Positions 57,344-64,000 of a stretch of DNA of 64,000 bases are shown here, piece after piece. A model generated the notes under the pieces. The model did not search any database. It worked only from the letters and a program-made list of their open reading frames with translations, and was not told the origin of the DNA. Source of the DNA: Candidatus Polarisedimenticolaceae bacterium (GTDB lineage: Bacteria > Pseudomonadota > Gammaproteobacteria > Chromatiales > Chromatiaceae); NCBI GenBank assembly GCA_021648685.1, contig JAKISI010000009.1:4-64003 (forward strand). The letters are read 5' to 3'. Each line of letters begins with the position of its first letter. The first letter of the stretch is position 1. The position numbers and the translations under genes are program-made.

Positions 57344-58297
57344 TTAGATCGAGAAGGAGTCAAGCGCCTTGTTAACACCGGCGATCTTCTCTTCGTCAGA
57401 CATGTCCATGCCTACGTTGCTCCAGTCGTCATAGACCGGGGCTTCCGGGTCGTGGTAGAGCAGCCCGCAGGGCACCCTGCTCTCATCACGAGCGATATTC
57501 ATGGCGCCACTCCAGTCAGACGGGTCATGCACTACCTGATTCGGGTAGATGCGTTCAACCGCCTCATTGGTCGGGATACCGTTCTCATGCTTCAGCAGCA
57601 GGATCTGGGATGGATCGTCCATCATCTCCTTATGAATATCCTCCACAAAGACCGGGCAACGCTGGATGATGCGCACAAAGCTGGTACCACGGTGGGCATG
57701 CGCCATCTTGATGGTCTCATAGACCAGCAGCGGGTTCCAATCCACAACCTGTGCCACAAATGACACGTTGGTAATGCCCAGGGTAATGGTCAGTGGATTC
57801 ATCGCCGGCAGGAAAGAGCCAGTTGGATGGGTGCTGGTTCCATAATCTTTTGGCGTGGTGGGTGAAGTCTGGTTTTTAGTCAAACCATAAATGGCATTGT
57901 CAAATACCAGAACCACCATATCAATGTTGTAACGTATGCCGTGTATCCAGTGGCAGCCGCCAATGGAGAAGCAGTCACCATCACCGGTGGAGACCCAGAC
58001 ATCCAGATCCGGGCGACGCGCCTTGATGCCAGAGGCAAAGGGCAGCGCACGACCATGCAGGCCGTGAAAGCCGTAGGTCTTCATGTAGTGCGGCAGGCGG
58101 CTTGAACAGCCGATGCCCGATACATTGACAATTTTCTCGGGCGCCAGCTGCGCCTCTCGGCACACCTTTTGCACGGCAGTCAATACACCATGGTCGCCAC
58201 AACCGGTACACCAGCGTGGCTGCGCACCTTCATAATCTTCAAGCGTAAAATAGCGGTCTTGAACGTCAAGTGACCAATCTGCTTTAAGTCCGAACAT
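57344..58297 (-). CDS. korB: 2-oxoglutarate(2-oxoacid):ferredoxin oxidoreductase beta subunit (TPP-binding)
   Basis: WCTGCGDHG, GIGCSSR and the canonical TPP motif STGDGDCFSIGGCHWIHGIRYNIDMVVLVFDNAIYGLTKNQ. Confidence 0.9.
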   Translation of the reverse strand: MFGLKADWSLDVQDRYFTLEDYEGAQPRWCTGCGDHGVLTAVQKVCREAQLAPEKIVNVSGIGCSSRLPHYMKTYGFHGLHGRALPFASGIKARRPDLDVWVSTGDGDCFSIGGCHWIHGIRYNIDMVVLVFDNAIYGLTKNQTSPTTPKDYGTSTHPTGSFLPAMNPLTITLGITNVSFVAQVVDWNPLLVYETIKMAHAHRGTSFVRIIQRCPVFVEDIHKEMMDDPSQILLLKHENGIPTNEAVERIYPNQVVHDPSDWSGAMNIARDESRVPCGLLYHDPEAPVYDDWSNVGMDMSDEEKIAGVNKALDSFSI

Positions 58298-58309
58298 CGA
58301 CGTAATCTC

Positions 58310-60214
58310 CTAATTCAGTTTCTTCAGACGACCAAGAACGGCCTCACAAATCATTCCAGGCTGCAACGGCGCGGCCTGCACGATAGACCAGCAGTCAATA
58401 TCCAGCAGCGTATGGTGGCGCAGGATATTGGCCAGCTGGGCATAGCGGCGGGTGGCATCGGTGATCAGCGGCATATCAGGATCGTCGCTATAGTTCAGCT
58501 CAACGGTCATCACCTTCTTGAACTTGGAGAAGATCTCTTTCAGATCCTTCTCAAACGGATGCAGGAAACGCAGGTGAACATTAGAGACCTTATGACCCTC
58601 AGAACGCATACGATCCACAGCCTCCTTAACAGCCCCCATGGTGGAACCCCAGGAGACAACCAGCATGTCACCCTCTTTGTCACCATAGATCTCAGGCCGC
58701 TGCAGGGTAGCGGCAAAGGCAGCCATTTTGCGGCTGCGCATGTTACAACCGATCTGATTTGACATGGAGTCGTAGGCCACCTTACTGCGCTTGGTGTGAG
58801 CCAGTCCGGTCAGGACGTACTCACCACCAGGCTGACCTGGGATTGGCCGTGGCGACAGGCCGGTCTCATCATCCCAGTCATAGGGTGGAATATTTTTGTC
58901 CCACTCCGACTGGTCAATCGGCGCAGAGAGCCATTCGGCCTGAGGCTCTGGACGATCATAGGGTTGCACAGCGGTCGCCAGGTTGGCATCGGTCAGGATA
59001 ATGACCGGGGTGCGGAAGGCCTCGGCCAGCTTGCGCGCCGTGATCACAAAGTGGAAACACTCGGAGATGGTGGCCGGTGCCATAACGATCTTGGGTGCGT
59101 CGCCAGGCATGCTGTAGATCGCTGAGAGCAGATCACCCTGTTCGATCTTGGTCGGCTGGCCGGTTGCCGGGCCGCCACGCTGAACATTGACAACTACCAG
59201 TGGCACCTCACACATTACAGCCAGACCCAGAATCTCGGTCTTAAGTGCCATACCGGGGCCAGAGGTGACAGTAACAGCGGTTCTGCCTGCAAAGGAGGAG
59301 CCGACTGCATAGGCAACTGCCGCAATCTCATCCTCGGCCTGATGCATAAACCCGCCGGTATGGTGAAACACTTCTGATACATAGTGAGAGACAGAGGTTG
59401 CCGGAGTGATCGGATACATTGCCAGCATATCCATACCGGAAGCCAGTATACCCAGGCCAACCGCCGTGTTGCCGTTGGTCACTACCGTAGGCTTCTGTAT
59501 GCCCTCATGCTCAGGCGGAACCTCGTAATGGTATTCGAGGTTCTCAGCAGCGTACTGGTAGCCCGCCTTAAACAGCTCGTGGTTTGGCTTGATCACCTTC
59601 TCGCCCTTGCGTGCGAAGACCTTTGCAATCTCATCCAATGCACGCTGGGTATCACGACTGTAGATACGGCAGAGCATGCCAAGTACAAACATGTTCTTGC
59701 CCTGGCGGGCATTTTTAACAATCTTGAGGCACTCTTTCTCAAGCGGCAGCTCATGGATAACCAGGCCTCGCTCCTTGAAGTCAGCCAGCGCCGCCGCATA
59801 CTGCTCGCGGATTGCCGGCTGCGGATCATCTGCCCATTTGTTCTCCAGCAGAACCACCGTGCCCTTGCGGAAAGCACCATTTACGATGCGGTTGTAGAGC
59901 ACCTGCTCGTTCAGGGCGACAACCAGATCTGCCTGGTCGCCCATGTTGGTGACATATTTGGAACCCAGACGGATGCGAACACCACTGGCACCCTCCTGCG
60001 AACGGGCAGGCGGCTGAATCTCAGCGGGGATGATCTCCACTGTCCAGACGCCGTTCCCCATCTTGCCACTAACGATGCCAAAGGTTTGTCCACACTTCTG
60101 GGCACCTTCGCCAGAGTCACTGACAACCTCAATGATATGCTCTTCAATACGCTTTGGTTTTCCTGCGGAAATCTCAGCGACATTGCTTTTTTGCGCTGTT
60201 GCTTGTTTAGTCAT
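58310..60214 (-). CDS. korA: 2-oxoglutarate(2-oxoacid):ferredoxin oxidoreductase alpha subunit (gamma-alpha fusion)
   Basis: 634 aa. N-terminal gamma-like domain (SDSGEGAQKCG), then an alpha domain (GNTAVGLGILASGMDMLAMYPITPAT...QAEDEIAAV...TSGPGM). Confidence 0.9.
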   Translation of the reverse strand: MTKQATAQKSNVAEISAGKPKRIEEHIIEVVSDSGEGAQKCGQTFGIVSGKMGNGVWTVEIIPAEIQPPARSQEGASGVRIRLGSKYVTNMGDQADLVVALNEQVLYNRIVNGAFRKGTVVLLENKWADDPQPAIREQYAAALADFKERGLVIHELPLEKECLKIVKNARQGKNMFVLGMLCRIYSRDTQRALDEIAKVFARKGEKVIKPNHELFKAGYQYAAENLEYHYEVPPEHEGIQKPTVVTNGNTAVGLGILASGMDMLAMYPITPATSVSHYVSEVFHHTGGFMHQAEDEIAAVAYAVGSSFAGRTAVTVTSGPGMALKTEILGLAVMCEVPLVVVNVQRGGPATGQPTKIEQGDLLSAIYSMPGDAPKIVMAPATISECFHFVITARKLAEAFRTPVIILTDANLATAVQPYDRPEPQAEWLSAPIDQSEWDKNIPPYDWDDETGLSPRPIPGQPGGEYVLTGLAHTKRSKVAYDSMSNQIGCNMRSRKMAAFAATLQRPEIYGDKEGDMLVVSWGSTMGAVKEAVDRMRSEGHKVSNVHLRFLHPFEKDLKEIFSKFKKVMTVELNYSDDPDMPLITDATRRYAQLANILRHHTLLDIDCWSIVQAAPLQPGMICEAVLGRLKKLN

Positions 60215-60501
60215 AGGCCTTCCCGTGAAGTACTCTCAAGGATGTATTTTAAAAAAAACTTATGGCTGCACGCATTTGTTAAAGCTGTGCGCACCGCCCG
60301 AAACTATAGGCTTTCCGTTGGATTTTACAGGCAAAAACAGCCCTGAAAATCGCTGCAATAACTCTCAAAGAGGCCGCACTATGTCAAAAGTGAGCCACAA
60401 GGTCAAATAATATAATCACTTAAATTTATCTTTTTTTCATTGAGCATAAGTCATTGTTTATAGCCGCCATAATCCATCAGTTACCCAACAGAGGGGGGGC
60501 A

Positions 60502-61749
60502 CTACCGTCTGAGCGCCTGCTCATACTCATCCTTGAAATGGAAGAGTGAACTCTCCAGCACCTTTACTGCACCATCCAGCAGATGGCAGCGCCCACTGCC
60601 CGGCAGGATCTCACATAGATTTTCCAGCGAATCAAGGTCGGCCTGCCGCCCCTGGCCTGTATCAATCTTGCCCAGCAGCTGAGATATATAGTAAGTACCT
60701 GTCTTACAAGGGGGACACTGACCACAGGAGGAGTGGGCAAAGAAATCAACATACTCTGAAACCCGCTTGACAATGCCGGTTCCTTCAGAGATTACAATCA
60801 TCGCCCCGGTTCCCAGGCTGGAGCGGCGCGCCCGTACCGAGTCAAAATCCAGCGGCACATCCAGATCCCTCGGGGTCAGGATGGTATTGGATGGGCCGCC
60901 GGTAAATACCGCCTTCAGTTTTTTTCCCAGCAATACACCACCACCGTAGGTGTAGATCAGATCCTTCAGCGGCGTACCCATCGGCAGCTCGTAGGAGCCG
61001 GGTTTCAGCACATCGCCACTCAGACAGAAGATCTTGGTACCACTCGCTTTGCCAATACCCTGATCCTTAAACCACTGCGCACCATTACGCACCAGATGGG
61101 GGATATTGGCCATGGTCTCCATATTGTTAACCAGTGTGGGACAGCCATGCACACCATGCTGGGCAGGATACGGCGGCTTGCCACGCGGGAAGGGGAATTT
61201 TCCTTCCACCGACTCAATGGCCGCAGTCTCTTCACCGCCAATATAGTGGCCGGAGCTTTCCACCACCTGATACTTCAGCGCTCTTTTCAACACCACAGCC
61301 GCCTTGTCCACAAGCCCAGACGCTTGCCACTGCGTCACTGCGGTACGCATCGCGTCTATGCCACCATCAAGATCGGGGTTGATGTAAAAAACAATTTGGT
61401 TGATTCCGGTCGCCAGCGCGGTAATCGTCGCCCCTTCAATGATCTGATGCGGCGTCTCTTCCAGCAGTGTGCGATCCTTAAAGGTGCCGGGTTCATCTTC
61501 ATTGCCATTGCAGATCAGATATTTCTCTTTTGCCTCTTTCTGCTGCGCAACCGCTGCCCACTTGATATGCACCGGGAAGCCGCTCCCACCCAAGCCGGGC
61601 AGCTGCGCCTCCTTTATCAGCGCAACCAATCGGGAAGGATCTTGCAGTGCAACCTGCAACCCCTCTCCACCCACATGCGCAAGCCACGCATCGAGATCGG
61701 CGCCCACTCTGTTTTTGGGATGCAGTAAGACCTGATTCAATTTTTCCAT
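60502..61749 (-). CDS. Stand-alone NuoF-like protein (FMN/NADH-binding, SLBB, [4Fe-4S])
   Basis: GLGGSGFPVHIKW, YLICNGNEDEPGTFKDR, GHYIGGEETAAIESVEG, and SCGQCPPCKTG...RCHLLDG parallel the complex I 51-kDa subunit motifs. No nuoE/nuoG neighbours in the window. Confidence 0.8.
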   Translation of the reverse strand: MEKLNQVLLHPKNRVGADLDAWLAHVGGEGLQVALQDPSRLVALIKEAQLPGLGGSGFPVHIKWAAVAQQKEAKEKYLICNGNEDEPGTFKDRTLLEETPHQIIEGATITALATGINQIVFYINPDLDGGIDAMRTAVTQWQASGLVDKAAVVLKRALKYQVVESSGHYIGGEETAAIESVEGKFPFPRGKPPYPAQHGVHGCPTLVNNMETMANIPHLVRNGAQWFKDQGIGKASGTKIFCLSGDVLKPGSYELPMGTPLKDLIYTYGGGVLLGKKLKAVFTGGPSNTILTPRDLDVPLDFDSVRARRSSLGTGAMIVISEGTGIVKRVSEYVDFFAHSSCGQCPPCKTGTYYISQLLGKIDTGQGRQADLDSLENLCEILPGSGRCHLLDGAVKVLESSLFHFKDEYEQALRR

Positions 61750-61867
61750 GGATAATGTTCGCTGAAGCTGAAATCAGCACCCATTTTAGGAGAGGCTTTC
61801 CTGCATCGCACCCTTTTTTTCTTCTCACCGGGAGAAGTTGTGAGATAATAGACGATTACCAAAAACC

Positions 61868-61906
61868 AAAAACGCCCTGACACTCATCCGCCAGGGCGTT
61901 TTTTTA
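61868..61906 (+). terminator. Intrinsic-terminator-like hairpin 16 nt upstream of the ybiT start
   Basis: AACGCCCTG (61871-61879) / CAGGGCGTT (61892-61900), followed by TTTTTTT. The complementary strand also has a T-rich tail (TTTTTGGTTTTTGG). Confidence 0.55.
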
Positions 61907-61922
61907 TCATCGGAATAACACC

Positions 61923-63539
61923 TTGATCTCTACCGCTAATATCACCATGCAATTCGGGGCCAAGCCCCTGTTCGAAAATGTCTCTGTCAAATTTGGTGGC
62001 GGCAACCGCTACGGCCTGATCGGTGCCAATGGTTGTGGCAAATCGACCTTCATGAAAATCCTTGGTGGTGATCTGGACCCCACCTCTGGCAACATCAACC
62101 TTGCCCCCAACGAACGACTGGGCAAGCTGCGTCAGGATCAATTCGCTTTTGAAGAGGATACGGTTCTGGACACCGTCATCATGGGTCACGCAGAGCTGTG
62201 GGTCGTCAAACAGGAGCGCGACCGCATCTACTCCCTGCCCGAGATGAGCGAAGAAGAGGGCATGAGAGTGGCCGAGCTGGAGGTTGAATTTGCCGAGATG
62301 GATGGCTACACCGCCGAGTCCCGCGCTGGTGAGCTGCTGCTGGGGCTGGATATCCCACTGGAGCAGCACAATGGCCTGATGAGCGCCGTCGCTCCCGGCT
62401 GGAAACTGCGGGTGCTGCTGGCGCAGGCTCTATTCGCTGACCCCGACATCATGCTGCTGGACGAGCCGACCAACAACCTCGACATCAACACCATTCGCTG
62501 GCTGGAAAATGAGCTGAACAAACGCAACAGCACCATGATCATCATCTCGCATGATCGCCATTTTCTGAACAGCGTCTGCACCCACATGGCCGATCTCGAC
62601 TACGGTGAGATCCGCATCTACCCTGGCAACTATGATGACTACATGATCGCCTCCACCCAGATCCGCGAGCGCATGTACGCCGACAACGCCAAGAAAAAGG
62701 CCAAGATTGCCGAGCTACAGACCTTTGTCAGCCGTTTCTCCGCCAACGCATCCAAGGCCAAGCAGGCCACCTCCCGCGCCCGGCAGATCGACAAAATCGA
62801 GCTGGATGAGATCAAACCCTCCAGCCGCGTCAGCCCCTATATCCGCTTCAATCAGGAGAAAAAGCTCTTTCGTCTGGCACTGGAGCTGGAAGATGTAAGC
62901 AAAGGATTCGAAGGGCAGCCACTCTTCAGCGGGTTGGATCTGATGATCGAAGTGGGCGAACGGGTCGCCATCATCGGCCCCAACGGCATCGGCAAGACCA
63001 CCCTGCTGCGCACCCTGGTGGGCGACCTGACGCCCGACAGCGGCACGGTGAAGTGGTCAGAAAACAGTAACATCGGCTACTACGCGCAGGATCACTCCGC
63101 AGACTTTAACAGCGAAACAAACCTCTACGACTGGATGGAACAGTGGGGCAAGGAGAGTGATGACGAGCAGGTGATTCGCGGCACCCTGGGGCGGCTGCTC
63201 TTCTCTCAGGATGAGATCAACAAGCAGGTCAATGTCCTCTCCGGTGGCGAGCAGGGGCGCATGCTGTTCGGTAAAATTATGTTACAGCAGCCCAACATCC
63301 TGCTGATGGATGAACCGACCAACCACATGGATATGGAAACCATTGAGTCGCTCAACCTGGCGCTGGAGAACTTCCCCGGCACCCTGCTCTTTGTGAGCCA
63401 CGACCGTGAATTTGTATCATCACTGGCCACCCGCATCATTGAGCTGACAGCCGATGGCATCGTTAACTTCAGCGGCAGCTACGATGATTACCTGCACAGC
63501 CAGGGGGTAGAGATCGAGGTCAGCAGCAAGGCGTCATAA
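61923..63539 (+). CDS. ybiT: ABC-F family ATPase YbiT
   Basis: TTG start. [50 protein letters not shown]... is near-collinear with E. coli YbiT across both NBDs (second: [32 protein letters not shown]). Confidence 0.88.
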   Translation: MISTANITMQFGAKPLFENVSVKFGGGNRYGLIGANGCGKSTFMKILGGDLDPTSGNINLAPNERLGKLRQDQFAFEEDTVLDTVIMGHAELWVVKQERDRIYSLPEMSEEEGMRVAELEVEFAEMDGYTAESRAGELLLGLDIPLEQHNGLMSAVAPGWKLRVLLAQALFADPDIMLLDEPTNNLDINTIRWLENELNKRNSTMIIISHDRHFLNSVCTHMADLDYGEIRIYPGNYDDYMIASTQIRERMYADNAKKKAKIAELQTFVSRFSANASKAKQATSRARQIDKIELDEIKPSSRVSPYIRFNQEKKLFRLALELEDVSKGFEGQPLFSGLDLMIEVGERVAIIGPNGIGKTTLLRTLVGDLTPDSGTVKWSENSNIGYYAQDHSADFNSETNLYDWMEQWGKESDDEQVIRGTLGRLLFSQDEINKQVNVLSGGEQGRMLFGKIMLQQPNILLMDEPTNHMDMETIESLNLALENFPGTLLFVSHDREFVSSLATRIIELTADGIVNFSGSYDDYLHSQGVEIEVSSKAS

Positions 63540-63583
63540 AAAGTGTAAGCGACTGACCCGCTTCTTTGAAGAGGCAATCTTTT

Positions 63584-63699
63584 GTAGGGTGGATTAGCGA
63601 TAGCGCAACCCACCATTTAAAGATTTGCATGCGACACAACCGCCTTTTTGGTGCGTTACGGCTATCACCTAACGCACCCTGCCTCCCCGTTGGCAACGG
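63584..63699. repeat. Cluster of REP-like GC-rich hairpins
   Basis: GGGTGGATT...AACCCACC (63587-63614); GGTGCGTTA-N11-TAACGCACC (63650-63678, perfect 9 bp); CCGTTG-G-CAACGG (63687-63699). Outer GTAGGGTG / CACCCTGC could pair as well. Confidence 0.5.
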
Positions 63700-63860
63700 C
63701 GGCGACCGGCCAGGCTCAGGCACCTGCTGCCCACCCCCAGCACCCCCGCTCCCGCCACTCCATACGGCATAAGTATATCTATCCGCACTGCTATTTCTAA
63801 GACTAAAATCTGATCCTCTATAGCCCAATACCGCTACCAGTCACGTAAAGTACTGATAAA

Positions 63861-64000
63861 TCATGCGGTTATACATCCATCCCGTGGTTTCTTCATCAGC
63901 GGATAAGGTTTTGGCCTTCGCTTGACAACCCTGGGCTGGTTCTTTCGTTTCCGATTACCAATCATCGTGTAGGCAATGGCATTTAGCAATGGCTCTAATA
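63861..64000 (-). CDS. 3' end of an ORF entering from beyond the window; basic tail, possibly mobile-element related
   Basis: The reverse-complement frame reads ...LEPLLNAIAYTMIGNRKRKNQPRVVKRRPKPYPLMKKPRDGCITA*, with the stop at 63861-63863. Identity not established. Confidence 0.2.
   Translation of the reverse strand, partial: LEPLLNAIAYTMIGNRKRKNQPRVVKRRPKPYPLMKKPRDGCITA

Noticed and set aside
59384-60346. 320-aa plus-strand ORF
   Set aside because: It is antisense to korA, whose motifs are clear.
1-64000. Searched for rRNA, tRNA, tmRNA-like and CRISPR arrays
   Set aside because: I saw no T-loop/acceptor-like tRNA signatures, no rRNA-like conserved blocks, and no arrays of regularly spaced 25-40-bp repeats. 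The only short tandem repeats are the 11-bp Pho-box units.

Overview
This 64-kb chromosomal window looks like it comes from a gammaproteobacterial chemoautotroph. The gene content resembles Sedimenticola / 'Candidatus Endoriftia'-type sulfur oxidisers, but that taxonomic guess is inference only. The window is almost fully coding, and I recognised no rRNA, tRNA or CRISPR array.

Gene content from left to right:
- The tail of an IS transposase, ppiC, a DUF4124 protein and a REC-GGDEF-EAL protein.
- pyrC, gloB, hisI and a DUF1820 gene.
- A complete Pho locus: divergent phoR and phoB, a PilZ gene preceded by a perfect tandem Pho box, pstS, a PhoU fused to a catalytically dead LMW-PTP/ArsC-like domain, pstC, pstA, and two pstB genes whose motif defects are complementary.
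- An alanine/cation symporter.
- A TatT-type TRAP transporter interrupted by a cytochrome c5 gene and a cupin gene.
- A TVP38 gene, then a polytopic TPR membrane protein plus a GT2 glycosyltransferase.
- A slightly AT-richer islet bounded by a 277-bp MITE-like element and a 114-bp nested palindrome. It carries a heptahaem cytochrome c between two 2-TM HAMP-like proteins.
- metH, rsfS, an M23 peptidase, an MCP, an ABC exporter and a REC-REC-GGDEF protein.
- A 2-phosphoglycerate-kinase-like / ApgM-like gene pair.
- An ~18.5-kb same-strand block: korA, korB, an 828-aa PFOR-domain-VI-like ferredoxin fusion, rnfB, a 1541-aa PFOR paralogue, sucC, a lipoprotein gene, sucD, rnfCDGEA, a small ORF and a hemerythrin gene. 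Here reductive-TCA steps are physically interleaved with the Rnf ferredoxin:NAD+ machinery.
- An orphan NuoF-like gene, ybiT, REP-like hairpins and a truncated ORF at the right edge.

The best candidates for something undescribed are the two PFOR-derived proteins. The larger one appears to have lost all four Cys ligands of the proximal [4Fe-4S] cluster while keeping the two distal clusters.

All alignments were done by eye against motifs recalled from memory. No searches or computations were run.
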